A DNA stretch of 64,000 bases from Christensenellaceae bacterium (GTDB lineage: Bacteria; Bacillota; Clostridia; Christensenellales; Borkfalkiaceae): contig JAZRSF010000010.1 in the NCBI GenBank assembly GCA_045651365.1, positions 83,324-147,323 on the forward strand. The letters run 5' to 3'. How positions within the stretch are numbered: the first letter of the stretch is position 1; the number at the start of each line of letters is the position of its first letter. A program made the translations under genes and the position numbers. This document shows positions 10,419 through 21,240 of the stretch, piece by piece. The notes under the pieces are model-generated. The model made no database searches, was not told the origin of the DNA, and saw only the letters and a program-made list of their open reading frames with translations.

Positions 10419-12191
10419 TTAAAATCTTTTATTTTTTTCAGCGAGCAACTCGTTAAGTTGTTTTGCAATGTTTTTCCTAGCTTCGGTGTCCGTTTCGCTA
10501 GTAAACATTTTATTAAGCGCTTCTATCCTCTCGTTTAGGAAGTGCTTCTTAAGCGTCTTTAAACAGTCGAAAAAGTAAACTGCTTCGTCGAAGTTTCTTT
10601 GTTCAGTTTGTAAGCCTGCAATAGCAGAGAGTTCGTCTTGGCTATCATCTGGCAAACTTTCGTATAGTTCGTTAAATTTTGCCTTTTCGCCCTTTGACTG
10701 CTTGTCTATTAGGTAGGCTTGAATTTCCCTGTATATAGGTAAAGCGAATTCCAATTTTGCAACGTCGGTTTCCAAAGCGTAAGGTTTGTTGAATAGATAA
10801 GAATAGAGTATAAACCTTGACGCTAAAGTAGTTTTGCCCCCTGCGTGGTCGCTGTATTCTGGGGTTGTCACGTTTACTTGTTCTTTTACCTTTTCAGGTT
10901 CCTTGTAAAGTTCTCGTTTTAACGCCTCTAACGTAGTTCCCGTAAGATTTCTAACCGTTTTAAGAAGGTCTTCTTGCTCAGCTGGGGAAGAACTTTCCCT
11001 AATGACGTTAATAGCGTTTGTCGTAAACTTTCTCCTGCCGTCGACAGTGTTAAGGTCAAAGGTCTTCTTAAGCACGTCCAACTTAAAGTCGACAAGAGGC
11101 ATAGCCTCTAATAAAATCTTCCTATAAGCGTCTGCGCCTAGTTCCCTAATAACGTCGTCGGGGTCTTTACCCTCAGGCATAACGGCAACCTTGACGTCAA
11201 GGCCTTCTTCGCTTAAGATTTCAAGACCTTTAATCGCTGCTTTTTGCCCTGCAAAATCGCCGTCGTAACTAATAATTATTTTGTCTGAATATCTCTTTAA
11301 TATGCGTGCTTGGTCTTTAGTAAGTGCCGTGCCCATACTAGCCACGACGTTTCTAAAACCTGCTTGGTTTAACGAAACGACGTCTAGGTGCCCTTCAACC
11401 ATAATAACGCAATCAATACCTTCTTGGTTTTTTACCTTTTTAAGGTTGTTTAGGTTAAATAGCGTTTTACCCTTTATAAAAACCGAAGTTTCTTTGGTGT
11501 TGATGTATTTTTGTTCTTTACCACCGTCTATTCTTCTGCCGTCGAAGGCAACGACGTTGTTAAATTGGTCGATAACGGGAATGATTAATCTACCACCAAG
11601 CCAATCGAAAACTCTGCCGTTTTTCTCTCCACAAGCACCAGAGGCAACCATTTCTTGCTCAGTGTAACCCTTTTCCTTGAGGTATTTAGGTAAAGAACCA
11701 AAGTCGAGAGATGCGCCCATGCCAAAAGTGGCAACCGTTTTAGAATTAAAGCCACGCTTTAGAATATATTCGACGTGTGGATAAGCCTTTTCGCCTTTAA
11801 GGTTAGCAACGTAATAAAGCGCCGTGTCTTTTAGTAAGTCTAAAAGACGTTGCTTGGTTCTTTTTTGTTCTTTAACCTTTTCGTCATCGTAATTAATCTC
11901 TGGAAGAGGCATTTTTACACGTTCGGCTAAAAACTTAACGGCGTCGCCAAAGTCGAGAGATTCGATATTCATAATAAAAGTAACCACGTCGCCACTTTGA
12001 TGGCAACCAAAGCAGTAAAAGAATTGGTCAATTCCATTCACGCAAAAAGACGCTGTCTTTTCGTGATGAAACGGACACCTTCCCCAGTAATTACTGCCAC
12101 GTTGTTCTAACCTAACGTAGTGGCTAACGACGTCGACAATATCGTTTTTACTCTTAAGTTGTTCTAAAAATTTAGCGTCGAAACCCCTCAT
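10419..12191 (-). CDS. dnaG: DNA primase
   Basis: Zn finger CPFHHEKTASFCVN...CFGCHQSGD, plus TOPRIM motifs (MVEGHLDV, YDGDFAG). The ORF-track start at 12197 is a TTG. I prefer the ATG at 12191, which has AAGGA 8 nt upstream. Confidence 0.9.
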   Translation of the reverse strand: MRGFDAKFLEQLKSKNDIVDVVSHYVRLEQRGSNYWGRCPFHHEKTASFCVNGIDQFFYCFGCHQSGDVVTFIMNIESLDFGDAVKFLAERVKMPLPEINYDDEKVKEQKRTKQRLLDLLKDTALYYVANLKGEKAYPHVEYILKRGFNSKTVATFGMGASLDFGSLPKYLKEKGYTEQEMVASGACGEKNGRVFDWLGGRLIIPVIDQFNNVVAFDGRRIDGGKEQKYINTKETSVFIKGKTLFNLNNLKKVKNQEGIDCVIMVEGHLDVVSLNQAGFRNVVASMGTALTKDQARILKRYSDKIIISYDGDFAGQKAAIKGLEILSEEGLDVKVAVMPEGKDPDDVIRELGADAYRKILLEAMPLVDFKLDVLKKTFDLNTVDGRRKFTTNAINVIRESSSPAEQEDLLKTVRNLTGTTLEALKRELYKEPEKVKEQVNVTTPEYSDHAGGKTTLASRFILYSYLFNKPYALETDVAKLEFALPIYREIQAYLIDKQSKGEKAKFNELYESLPDDSQDELSAIAGLQTEQRNFDEAVYFFDCLKTLKKHFLNERIEALNKMFTSETDTEARKNIAKQLNELLAEKNKRF

Positions 12192-12200
12192 TAGCAATCC

Positions 12201-13199
12201 TTACAACTCCCATTTTTTAGGGATAAATAATCTTGTGAATTCTTTAACGGCATACGTGTCGGACATACTCGAAATGTAATCGCATAAAACAGTATCGATA
12301 TCCGTTGTTAATAATTCTTTTTGATGAAATTCCGGCAAAGCGTCGGTATGCATTTTATAATAATCGTAAAGTGCAGAAATCATTTTATCTGCCCTTTCTT
12401 CCTCGTCCTTAAAGGTTTTGTCGTTGTAAACGTTTTGGAAAAGGAAATCTCGTAGCGTAGTGGTAGCGTGGGCAACTTCTTCTTCCATTTCAACGATAGG
12501 CTTGCCGTCGCTATTTTTGAATATAGAATAAATCATGGTGTTTATTCTTTGCGAAGAAGTTTCGCCCAAGATTTTTATAGCAGACGCAGGTAAATCTTTG
12601 GCAGTTATAAAGCCACTTTCAATAGCGTCGTCAATATCGTGATTTATGTAAGCAATACGGTCGGCAATATTAACTGCTTTGCCTTCCATAGTTTTTGGCG
12701 TGCAACTAATTTTGTGATTAATTATGCCGTCTACAACTTCTCTAGTTAAGTTTAAGCCTAAACCGTCTCTTTCTAGGTAGTCGACAACTCTTCCCGATTG
12801 AACGTTGTGCGAGAACTTGTTGGTTTTATTAAGTTTTGCTAAAATTCTTTCCCCAGAATGACCAAAAGGCGTATGACCTAGGTCGTGTCCTAAAGCGATT
12901 GCTTCGGTTAAATCTTCGTTAAGCGAAAGCGCCCTAGCGATAGCCCTAGCCACTTGCGAAACGTTTAGGGTGTGAGTTAAACGAGTTCTGTAATGGTCGC
13001 CCTCTGGCGAAAAGAAAACCTGCGTTTTATTCTTAAGCCTACGGAACGACTTGCAATGTATAATTCTATCCCTATCACGTTGGAAATCGGTCCTCATAGG
13101 GCAAGGCTGTTCAGCACGAAGTCTGCCTATGGTATCGGTAGATTTAGTAGCGAAAGGGGAAAGGAATTTTTCTTCTATATGTAAAGTTTTATCTTTCAC
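12201..13199 (-). CDS. dGTPase-like HD-domain triphosphohydrolase
   Basis: 332 aa with the HD motif GHDLGHTPFGH and RTRLTHTLNVSQVAR. The start is GTG, with GGAG upstream. It is the first gene of the dnaG-sigA operon. Confidence 0.8.
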   Translation of the reverse strand: MKDKTLHIEEKFLSPFATKSTDTIGRLRAEQPCPMRTDFQRDRDRIIHCKSFRRLKNKTQVFFSPEGDHYRTRLTHTLNVSQVARAIARALSLNEDLTEAIALGHDLGHTPFGHSGERILAKLNKTNKFSHNVQSGRVVDYLERDGLGLNLTREVVDGIINHKISCTPKTMEGKAVNIADRIAYINHDIDDAIESGFITAKDLPASAIKILGETSSQRINTMIYSIFKNSDGKPIVEMEEEVAHATTTLRDFLFQNVYNDKTFKDEEERADKMISALYDYYKMHTDALPEFHQKELLTTDIDTVLCDYISSMSDTYAVKEFTRLFIPKKWEL

Positions 13200-13314
13200 G
13201 GTATTTCTCCAAAATCACTTATCGTATAATAATACGCCAAAACTTTAAGATTTCCTTTTTTTGGAAGAAAATTTATTAAAATATATATATATTATTATAA
13301 ATTAAAAGCAAAAA

Positions 13315-13335
13315 CGCCTATCTAAGTGATAGGCG
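13315..13335 (-). terminator. Rho-independent terminator after lipoprotein gene 13388-14230
   Basis: Stem cgcctatc / gataggcg. Read on the minus strand it is GCCTATCACTTAGATAGGCGTTTTTGCTTTT. Confidence 0.6.
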
Positions 13336-13387
13336 CTAGAATTATTTGTAAAATTAGAATGACCTTAAATTCTATGCGAACAAATTA

Positions 13388-14230
13388 TTATCTTTGCCAT
13401 TTTGCGTATAGTTTAAGTTCACAAAAGTTATAAGTTGTAGAGCCGTTAGCCTCTTCTTGAAACATCTTTTGTGGAACTAGGTCGTTACTAAAATCCCATT
13501 TATTTATGCACTCTGGCTCTTTATACCAACCTGCAAAAGTATATCCAACCCTGGTAGGATTTTTCGGCACGTAGGATATTAGTTCTCCGTCGTAATCGTC
13601 TACCCAGTAAACTTCGTTATTACCCACGTCGTAATTGTATAGGAAAGTTACGTTTGCAGGGTTAACTCTCTTTGGGTTATAGTTATTAATGCCCTTGCCC
13701 TTATACCAAGGTTTTAACTTAAAATAACAATTAGCAGACACTTTAACGTTGTCGTTTGTTATCTCACTTAAACCTTGAGAATTTAAAGACATAATAATTA
13801 CAGTGCAGTTTGCCTCGTGCCCCATTACACTATCGCTATAAGCACTATCACCATTAACCTCTACGTTAAAAGGAACGAAAACCTTAGTTAATTTTTGGCT
13901 ATTAAACATAACGTGTTCCATTCCATAACTTTCAATGATTTTGTCTCTATAAAATTTACCTTCGCCAAGCCACCTAACCCTTCTACCATCAATATACTCT
14001 GGAACTACTATGATTTTTTGTTCTAAACCTTTGTCTGTTAAGCCAACAATCGATACGCCGTAAACTGAACTATAATCCGAGATTTCCAAAATAAAGTATC
14101 CATCTTCAAAAAGACCTTCTTTTCGAGACTCACAACTACTAAGTGAACAACCACAGCCAATTAGTGCCATAAACACAACGGATAATAGAATAGATAATAG
14201 TGGAACAATAATCCTACTATTTTTTTTCAT
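13388..14230 (-). CDS. Lipoprotein with C-terminal Listeria-Bacteroides repeat (Flg_new/InlB B-repeat-like) domain
   Basis: 280 aa. It has a signal peptide with a lipobox-like LIGC. The C-terminus GYTFAGWYKEPECINKWDFSNDLV...LYAKW matches the GYxFxGWY...LYAxW repeat. A strong SD GGAGGA is present. Confidence 0.7.
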   Translation of the reverse strand: MKKNSRIIVPLLSILLSVVFMALIGCGCSLSSCESRKEGLFEDGYFILEISDYSSVYGVSIVGLTDKGLEQKIIVVPEYIDGRRVRWLGEGKFYRDKIIESYGMEHVMFNSQKLTKVFVPFNVEVNGDSAYSDSVMGHEANCTVIIMSLNSQGLSEITNDNVKVSANCYFKLKPWYKGKGINNYNPKRVNPANVTFLYNYDVGNNEVYWVDDYDGELISYVPKNPTRVGYTFAGWYKEPECINKWDFSNDLVPQKMFQEEANGSTTYNFCELKLYAKWQR

Positions 14231-14361
14231 TTTTTAATCCTCCTAAGTCAAGCATTTATAAGAGCTTGATTAAAATGGGTCTTGATACGCCCAAGTGAAC
14301 TCTGGCGAATTTTTATCGCTTAAAGCTACGCAATACATAGTTTCATAATACGTTCCAGCCT

Positions 14362-15156
14362 TTAAATCCATTTTGCATAAAGGGTTAATTCCTTAAAATG
14401 ATATACACCAACCCCATATTCTTTTGCAGGAACTATATCGGTTTCAAAATCCCATTCGTTTATACAACCTGGTTCCGTATACCAACCTGCAAAGGTATAA
14501 CCTGACCTAACTGGGTTTTTTGGCACGTAGGATATTAGTTCTCCATCATAATCGTCTACCCAATAAAGTCCATCGTTGGGAGAATTTGTGTAGTTATAAT
14601 AAAATCCTACGTTTGCTGGCATTACGTTATCAGGATTCCAGTATTTTATGCCTTCTCCCCTATAATAATCAGTATTTTCATAAAAACATTTGGCCGAAAC
14701 CTTTATACTATCTTTTTCAAAGTAGCGCATATACCTCTTCTCTATACCCATAACGATTATAACACAGTTAGCATCCCCACCCGATACGGAGCCCCAAAGA
14801 CTCGCTTTTGCTCTAATTTCTGTAGGAATATATATTCTCTTCAACTTTTTGCTATTAAACATAATGTTTTCAGAGCCGTATTGTCTTTTAATTTCCTTTC
14901 TATCTATTCTGCTTGCACCTATTGCACCAACCCTATATCCCCTTACAGTAGTGGGTGCAACCAAAATTTCTTTTTGCAAACCGGAATCGGTAAGTCCTAT
15001 TATAGCAACCTCATCACTATTATTGACTTTGAGATATATAAAATCTCCTTCTGCAAAAACCTTGCCTAAAACACAACTACACCCTACTAACATCATTAGC
15101 ATAGTTGATATTATTAAAGAAACGACTGCAATCACAGGCTTTCTAATTTTTTTCAT
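14362..15156 (-). CDS. Lipoprotein, paralogue of 13388-14230 (Listeria-Bacteroides repeat domain)
   Basis: I moved the start to ATG 15156 (MKKIRKPV...), which has an AAGGAG SD. It has a signal peptide with LVGC and the C-terminus GYTFAGWYTEPGCINEWDF...LYAKWI. It shares YWVDDYDGELISYVPKNP with its neighbour. Confidence 0.7.
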   Translation of the reverse strand: MKKIRKPVIAVVSLIISTMLMMLVGCSCVLGKVFAEGDFIYLKVNNSDEVAIIGLTDSGLQKEILVAPTTVRGYRVGAIGASRIDRKEIKRQYGSENIMFNSKKLKRIYIPTEIRAKASLWGSVSGGDANCVIIVMGIEKRYMRYFEKDSIKVSAKCFYENTDYYRGEGIKYWNPDNVMPANVGFYYNYTNSPNDGLYWVDDYDGELISYVPKNPVRSGYTFAGWYTEPGCINEWDFETDIVPAKEYGVGVYHFKELTLYAKWI

Positions 15157-15359
15157 AATTTGTCTCCTTATAAAAGCAAAAAAGCACAACGATACCCTAT
15201 TATTATCGCTATGCCTTACAATCTAGTCTATTCATTGGTCTTACCCCCAACTTTTTATTTAAGTTACACCTTAAAATTCTCTTATGTTTTTACCTTCTTT
15301 TGTTTTAATCATTATAGCATATACTATATGCCTAGTCAATAGGGTTTTGCTAAAAAATA

Positions 15360-15390
15360 ACGCCTGAAAACGACTATCGTTTTCAGGCGT
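15360..15390 (-). terminator. Rho-independent terminator after uvrA
   Basis: 14-bp stem acgcctgaaaacga / tcgttttcaggcgt with a 3-nt loop. A U-run follows on the minus strand (GGCGTTATTTTTT). Confidence 0.8.
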
Positions 15391-15395
15391 ATTGA

Positions 15396-18233
15396 TTAAT
15401 ATTTATGACCTTCTCTGTCGAAAAGTTTTTTAAGGAATTGCCCCGTGTAACTAGATGGGTTTTTGCAAATTTCTTCGGGCGTGCCCTCTGCTATAATCGC
15501 TCCACCACCGTCGCCTCCTTCTGGACCTAGGTCGACGATATAGTCGGCAAGTTTAATTACGTCTAGGTTATGCTCGATAATAACGATTGTGTTTCCACCT
15601 TGTTGTAATCTTTGTAAAACGGTGCATAGTTTATCTATATCGTAACTATGAAGTCCTGTCGTTGGCTCGTCTAGAATATAAAGGGTTCTGCCCGTTGCCC
15701 TTTTTGATAGTTCAGTTGCTAGTTTTACCCTTTGCGCTTCGCCACCAGATAGCGTTGTTGAAGACTGACCTAGTTTTATATATCCCAAACCAACGTCTTG
15801 CAAGGTTTTGATTTTATTAAATATTGATGGTATAGCCTTAAAGAATTCACAAGCCTCGTCAACGGTCATTTCTAAAACGTCGCTTATGTTCTTGCCTTTA
15901 TATTTAACTTGCAAGGTTTCTCTGTTATAGCGCTTGCCTTTACATACTTCGCAAGGAACGAACATATCTGGTAAGAAGTGCATTTCTATCTTGATAACGC
16001 CGTCGCCTTCGCAGTTTTCGCATCTTCCACCTGCAACGTTAAAGGAAAATCTTCCTGCCTTATATCCACGCTCTTTTGCATCCATAGTAGATGCAAAAAG
16101 TTCTCTTATTGCCGAGAACACGCCCGTGTAGGTTACAGGATTACTTCTTGGAGTTCTGCCGATTGGAGATTGGTCTATTTGAATAACCTTGTCGAAATGC
16201 TCTTCGCCTAAAATTGCTGAAACTTTACCCTCTCTAACCTTGGCGTGGTTTAATCTCGACGCTAGATAAGGATACAAAATTTCATTTACTAGCGAACTCT
16301 TTCCTGAACCCGAAACACCCGTTACTACAGAAATTAAACCAACGGGGAATTTTGCCGTTACGTTTTTAAGGTTGTTTTGGTTTGCGCCGATAACTTCTAG
16401 CCATCTTCCGTCTGGAAGTTTTCTCTCTTGTGGAATTTCTATCTTTCTTCTACCTGCAAGGTAATCGCCCGTGATAGAACGTGGCTCGTTCATAATATCT
16501 TCGATGCTACCAGTTGCTACGATTTCCCCACCGTGAACTCCTGCCTTTGGACCGATATCTACTATATAGTCGGCAGAGCGCATTGTATCTTCGTCGTGTT
16601 CAACCACGATTAAGGTGTTGCCTAAATCTCTTAAGCCTTTTAGTGCGTCTATTAGTTTGTTGTTATCCCTTTGGTGAAGCCCTATACTAGGTTCGTCTAG
16701 AACGTATAGAACGCCGGTAAGTCCACTTCCTATTTGAGTGGCAAGCCTAATTCTTTGCGCCTCGCCACCAGACAGCGTGGTTGCCGTTCTTGAAAGCGTT
16801 AGATATGAAAGCCCAACGTTGATTAAAAAGTTAAGCCTTGCTTTAATTTCTTTAAGTATTGGCGTTGCTATTTGAGAACGTGTTTTATCAAATGTTAACT
16901 TTTCGATAAATTCATATAGTTTAACCACCGACATATCGGTTAGTTCGCTTATATTTTTATCGCCTATGGTAACGGCTAACGCCTCTTTTCTTAACCTTTT
17001 GCCGTTACAAGTAGAACAAGGCGTAATGGTCATATATCTTTCAATTTCGCTTTTTGTATAATCGCTTGTAGTTTCTCTGTAACGACGCTCTAAATTAGGA
17101 ATAATGCCTTCCCAAGACGAGTTAAAACTTCCACTAAAGGTTTTAGTGGAATAATCCATTTTTATTCTCTCTCCACCATTGCCGTATAAAAGCATTTGAT
17201 AAATTTCCATTGGCAAATCTTTAACGGGAACGTCTAAACTAAACCCGTAGTGTCTAGCTAGTGAGTTAAAATTCATTTCAGCCATTTTGCCACTATCTAA
17301 ATTCCAGCCCGTTACAGTCATTGCGCCCTCTCGCAAGGTTTTATTTTTATCCTTAACGACAAGGTCTGGGTCTACTCTTTTGTTAAAGCCTAATCCGTGG
17401 CATTCTGGACAAGCACCGAAAGGATTATTAAACGAGAATAATCTCGGCTCGATTTCTTCTAGGCTCACGCCACAATCAGGGCAGGAATACTTGGTTGAAT
17501 AAAGAGTTGATTCGCCACCAAGCACTTCTACGCTAACTAATCCTTCGGCAAGTTTAAGTGCCGTTTCTAGGCTATCGCTAAGTCTTTTTTCTATTCCCTC
17601 TTTGATTACTAATCTATCTACGACTACGCTTATATTGTGCTTTTTGTTTTTATCCAGTTTAATCTCTTCGTCTAGGTTGTAAACCACGCCGTCGATTTCC
17701 ACCCTTACAAAGCCACTTTTTTTATAGCCTTCAAGTTGTTTGGTGTATTCGCCCTTTTTGCCACGAACAACAGGGGCGTTTACTAAAATTTTAGTGCCTT
17801 CTTCTAGGCTCATTACTTGGTCGCAAATTTGGTCAACCGTTTGGCGAGATATTTGCTTGCCACATTCAGGGCAATGAGGAACGCCCACCCTTGCAAAGAG
17901 CAGTCTAAAATAATCGTATATTTCAGTTACCGTGCCGACGGTAGAACGTGGGTTGTGCGAAGTGGTTTTTTGGTCGATTGAAATTGCAGGGGAAAGACCT
18001 TCTATACTGTCTACGTCTGGTTTTTCCATTTGCCCTAAAAACATTCTAGCATAACTAGAAAGGCTTTCCACGTAACGTCTTTGACCTTCAGCGTAAATAG
18101 TATCGAAAGCAAGCGTAGACTTCCCAGAGCCAGATAACCCCGTGAACACCACGAGCTTGTCTCTAGGAATAGTTACGTCTATATTTTTAAGGTTGTTTTC
18201 CCTTGCGCCTTTTATAATAAGACTGTTTTTCAT
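15396..18233 (-). CDS. uvrA: Excinuclease ABC subunit A
   Basis: 945 aa with two ABC modules ([16 protein letters not shown]; LSGGEAQR twice) and Zn-finger Cys clusters. Confidence 0.97.
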   Translation of the reverse strand: MKNSLIIKGARENNLKNIDVTIPRDKLVVFTGLSGSGKSTLAFDTIYAEGQRRYVESLSSYARMFLGQMEKPDVDSIEGLSPAISIDQKTTSHNPRSTVGTVTEIYDYFRLLFARVGVPHCPECGKQISRQTVDQICDQVMSLEEGTKILVNAPVVRGKKGEYTKQLEGYKKSGFVRVEIDGVVYNLDEEIKLDKNKKHNISVVVDRLVIKEGIEKRLSDSLETALKLAEGLVSVEVLGGESTLYSTKYSCPDCGVSLEEIEPRLFSFNNPFGACPECHGLGFNKRVDPDLVVKDKNKTLREGAMTVTGWNLDSGKMAEMNFNSLARHYGFSLDVPVKDLPMEIYQMLLYGNGGERIKMDYSTKTFSGSFNSSWEGIIPNLERRYRETTSDYTKSEIERYMTITPCSTCNGKRLRKEALAVTIGDKNISELTDMSVVKLYEFIEKLTFDKTRSQIATPILKEIKARLNFLINVGLSYLTLSRTATTLSGGEAQRIRLATQIGSGLTGVLYVLDEPSIGLHQRDNNKLIDALKGLRDLGNTLIVVEHDEDTMRSADYIVDIGPKAGVHGGEIVATGSIEDIMNEPRSITGDYLAGRRKIEIPQERKLPDGRWLEVIGANQNNLKNVTAKFPVGLISVVTGVSGSGKSSLVNEILYPYLASRLNHAKVREGKVSAILGEEHFDKVIQIDQSPIGRTPRSNPVTYTGVFSAIRELFASTMDAKERGYKAGRFSFNVAGGRCENCEGDGVIKIEMHFLPDMFVPCEVCKGKRYNRETLQVKYKGKNISDVLEMTVDEACEFFKAIPSIFNKIKTLQDVGLGYIKLGQSSTTLSGGEAQRVKLATELSKRATGRTLYILDEPTTGLHSYDIDKLCTVLQRLQQGGNTIVIIEHNLDVIKLADYIVDLGPEGGDGGGAIIAEGTPEEICKNPSSYTGQFLKKLFDREGHKY

Positions 18234-18238
18234 TTTGT

Positions 18239-20209
18239 TTATGCTTGCCTCATTTTTTGTTTTAGTTTGGTAATGGTATCCCTAATTTCAATACACTTTT
18301 CAAAATCAAGGTTGTTAGAGGCGATTTTCATAAGCGCCTTTAATTTTTCGATTTCTTCAGGAATATCCTTTAGTTTAACGTCTTTAGTTTTATCCACCTT
18401 TTTGGTGATTTCTAGACTATTTACTACTTCTTTAATTATAGTTTTTGGAACTATGCCGTGAGCGTCGTTGTATTCCTTTTGAATCTTACGCCTACGATTG
18501 GTCTCGTCGATTGCCCTTTGCATACTGCCCGTGATGATGTCGGCATACATTATAACCTTGCCTTCTGCGTTTCTCGCCGCCCTACCTATCGTTTGAATTA
18601 GCGAAGTTTCGCTACGCAAAAAGCCTTCTTTGTCGGCATCTAAAATGGCAACGAGTTTTACTTCTGGAAGGTCTAAGCCTTCTCTTAAAAGGTTTATTCC
18701 ACAAAGCACGTCGAACTCGCCCGTGCGTAGCCCTGAAACAATATCTATTCTCTCTAAGGTGTCTATGTCGCTGTGCATATACCTAACCTTAATTTTATTT
18801 TCTTTTAGATATTCGGTAAGGCTTTCAGCCATCTTTTTGGTTAGCGTGGTGATTAAAACTCTGCCACCCTCTTTTATAGTTTGGTTAATTCGTATGAGAA
18901 GGTCGTCTATTTGGTTTTTGGTAGGCTTAATTTCAATTTCTGGGTCTAATAGTCCGGTTGGACGAATAACTTGTTCTACAACTTGCCCAGCCTCACCTAA
19001 CTCGTATTTAGCAGGGGTTGCAGAAACGCATATCATTTGCCCTACTCTTTGGTCGAATTCACTAAAGGTTAAAGGACGATTATCGAAGGCAGATTTTAAC
19101 CTAAAGCCATATTCTACTAGGCTATTTTTTCTGGACTTATCGCCGTTATACATTGCACCTATTTGTGGAATGGTCATGTGCGATTCGTCTATAAACACTA
19201 TGAAATCTTCTGGAAAATAATCGAGCAAGGTAAAAGGAGGGTCGCCAACCTTTCTTCCGTCAAAATAACGGCTATAATTCTCTATGCCGTGGCAAAAGCC
19301 TATTTCTCTTATCATTTCTATATCGTAGTCGGTGCGTTGGTTAAGACGTTGTGCTTCTAGAAGCTTGCCGTCCTCTCTTAAAAATCTAACTTCGTCTTCC
19401 TTATCACGCTCGATTGCGCATAGGGCAAGGTTGAGTTTTTGTTGCTGAACGGCGTAGTGGCTAGCAGGGAAAATCACGGCGTGTTTTAATTCAGAGATTA
19501 CTTTGCCCGTAACGAATTCTGCTTCGCAAATTCTATCGATAGTGTCGCCGAAAAATTCTACACGAATAAAGATTTCGTTGTTAGAAGATGGGAAAATATC
19601 AACAGTATCCCCCTTAACTCTAAACGAAGAACGAGAAAAATCTACGTCCTTTCTCATGTATTGAATAGCAACCAATTTTCTCATTAATTCGTCCCTATCC
19701 ATTTGGTCGTTAGGGCGAAGAGAAAGCGCTAAATCATAGTATTCTTGTGGCGCACCCAAGCCGTAAATACACGAAACGGATGCAACCACTATAGTATCTT
19801 GTCTTTCGGCTAGTGAACAAGTAGCCGAGTGGCGAAGTTTATCTATTTCGTCGTTTATAGAAAGGTCTTTTTCTATATAAGTATCGGTAGAGACGATATA
19901 CGCTTCAGGTTGATAATAGTCGTAATAAGAGACGAAGAATTCCACTCTGTTTTCAGGAAAAAACTCTCTAAACTCGTTGCAAAGTTGGGCGGCAAGCGTT
20001 TTATTGTGAGCAATTATAAGGGCTGGGCGTTGAACGTTTTTTATAACGTTTGCCATGGTAAAAGTTTTACCCGAACCAGTAACGCCAAGAAGAACTTGCG
20101 TTCTTAATCCGTCGTTAATGCCTTCGGTTAACTTTTCTATCGCCTGTGGCTGGTCGCCCGTCGGCGCAAATTTAGAATGAAGAATAAACTCTTTTTTTTC
20201 CATTTTCAC
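18239..20209 (-). CDS. uvrB: Excinuclease ABC subunit B
   Basis: 656 aa with GVTGSGKT Walker A, DESH helicase motifs and a C-terminal UVR domain. It lies 5 nt upstream of uvrA. Confidence 0.97.
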   Translation of the reverse strand: MKMEKKEFILHSKFAPTGDQPQAIEKLTEGINDGLRTQVLLGVTGSGKTFTMANVIKNVQRPALIIAHNKTLAAQLCNEFREFFPENRVEFFVSYYDYYQPEAYIVSTDTYIEKDLSINDEIDKLRHSATCSLAERQDTIVVASVSCIYGLGAPQEYYDLALSLRPNDQMDRDELMRKLVAIQYMRKDVDFSRSSFRVKGDTVDIFPSSNNEIFIRVEFFGDTIDRICEAEFVTGKVISELKHAVIFPASHYAVQQQKLNLALCAIERDKEDEVRFLREDGKLLEAQRLNQRTDYDIEMIREIGFCHGIENYSRYFDGRKVGDPPFTLLDYFPEDFIVFIDESHMTIPQIGAMYNGDKSRKNSLVEYGFRLKSAFDNRPLTFSEFDQRVGQMICVSATPAKYELGEAGQVVEQVIRPTGLLDPEIEIKPTKNQIDDLLIRINQTIKEGGRVLITTLTKKMAESLTEYLKENKIKVRYMHSDIDTLERIDIVSGLRTGEFDVLCGINLLREGLDLPEVKLVAILDADKEGFLRSETSLIQTIGRAARNAEGKVIMYADIITGSMQRAIDETNRRRKIQKEYNDAHGIVPKTIIKEVVNSLEITKKVDKTKDVKLKDIPEEIEKLKALMKIASNNLDFEKCIEIRDTITKLKQKMRQA

Positions 20210-20421
20210 TTAATTTTGCCCTTTTCTATAAATTAAATACCTTGCCTTTGTTTAGGTATATTTTATTACAAAAAGTAAAAAAAGGCAACACTTTACGCCC
20301 TTTTACACACCTAAATAGAAATACTATCCTGGTTACTCTATATTGAAATTTTATTTTTAGAACCTTTTTTACAAGAATAGCATATGATATATAGATAAAT
20401 CCAAGGAGGATTTTTATATTA

Positions 20422-21180
20422 ATGTGTAATTTTTTCGGTTGCAACTCTTGTTCTAACAGAAGTGGACTTTTTGCTACTAACTCTCTAAACAATGGTTGCA
20501 ACAACTGTGCAAATTATAGATTGGTTCGTGGCCCACAAGGTCCTGTCGGTCCTGCTGGTCCAAGAGGCCCTCAAGGTCCACAAGGTCCCGTCGGTCCAAT
20601 AGGTCCTACGGGTGCTACAGGCGCAACTGGTGCTACGGGTGCTGTCGGTCCTCAAGGCCCTCAAGGCGAAACGGGTGCTACAGGTGCTACTGGTGCAACC
20701 GGTGCTACGGGTCCACAAGGTCCAGTCGGTCCTCAAGGTCCTCAAGGCGAAACGGGTGCTACTGGTGCTACTGGTCCACAGGGTCCATCGGGAACTAGCG
20801 ATATAATTTACGCAAACAACGACGGCGCTACCGTAGATGCTGGAGCGATTATTCCTTTAACTCTTTCGACCTCTACTACAGGCACTACCATGAGCGTTCA
20901 AAACAACGCAGTAAACCTACCCGAAGGTGGAACTTATTTAGTTTCGTATTATGCTAGTGGTGAAACGGGAACGGGCGACGCTTCAATCTCTTTATACCTT
21001 GATGATGCGCCTATTACTGGGGAGACTATAACCCTTTCTAACCAAACAGGCGATAGTTTTTTAGCAAGTAAAACCATTTTAGTAACCACGGCAAATGCAG
21101 GAAGTTTATCTCTTTATAACACTTCTGCTCAATCACAAGTGTTTACAGGTGCATCTTTAACCGTGCTAAAAGCCGAATAA
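20422..21180 (+). CDS. Collagen-like triple-helix repeat protein with BclA-type C-terminal domain
   Basis: 252 aa. A Cys/Asn-rich 36-aa N-terminus is followed by 30 uninterrupted G-X-Y triplets and a ~125-aa Ser/Thr-rich C-terminal domain. An SD AAGGAGG lies upstream and a terminator downstream. Confidence 0.8.
   Translation: MCNFFGCNSCSNRSGLFATNSLNNGCNNCANYRLVRGPQGPVGPAGPRGPQGPQGPVGPIGPTGATGATGATGAVGPQGPQGETGATGATGATGATGPQGPVGPQGPQGETGATGATGPQGPSGTSDIIYANNDGATVDAGAIIPLTLSTSTTGTTMSVQNNAVNLPEGGTYLVSYYASGETGTGDASISLYLDDAPITGETITLSNQTGDSFLASKTILVTTANAGSLSLYNTSAQSQVFTGASLTVLKAE
20530..20799 (+). repeat. Coding G-X-Y (9-nt periodic) tandem repeat block
   Basis: The triplets are [12 protein letters not shown] ... 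GAT GAT GAT ... GET ... GPS GTS. The block [15 protein letters not shown] occurs twice. The repeat also opens spurious ORFs in other frames (20485-20745, 20612-20806). Confidence 0.9.
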
Positions 21181-21200
21181 CTCTTTCTAAATTTTATCAA

Positions 21201-21230
21201 AAGTGGCGTAGTGGATTCACTACGCCACTT
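21201..21230. terminator. Bidirectional terminator hairpin between convergent genes
   Basis: 13-bp stem aagtggcgtagtg / cactacgccactt with loop gatt. It sits between the stop at 21180 (+) and the stop at 21241 (-). Confidence 0.6.
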
Positions 21231-21240
21231 CTTGCTATTA

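Noticed and set aside
14270-14371. 33-codon ORF (MDLKAGTYYETMYCVALSDKNSPEFTWAYQDPF) in the spacer between the two paralogous lipoprotein genes
   Set aside because: It has no SD, and its ATG overlaps the last codons of the upstream gene in another frame. It is too short to evaluate and may be a remnant of a third paralogue or pure chance.
20210-20330. Search for a LexA/SOS (Cheo-type GAAC-N4-GTTC) box upstream of uvrB, and in the recA-proximal end of cinA (778-900)
   Set aside because: I found no GAAC...GTTC dyad by eye in either region. I therefore make no SOS-box claim.
20226-20806. ORFs 20226-20504 (-), 20485-20745 (-) and 20612-20806 (+) around the collagen-like gene
   Set aside because: They are alternative-frame or antisense readings of the GC-rich G-X-Y repeat, or of its AT-rich promoter region. 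They translate to low-complexity Arg/Thr/Leu strings, an artefact of the triplet repeat.
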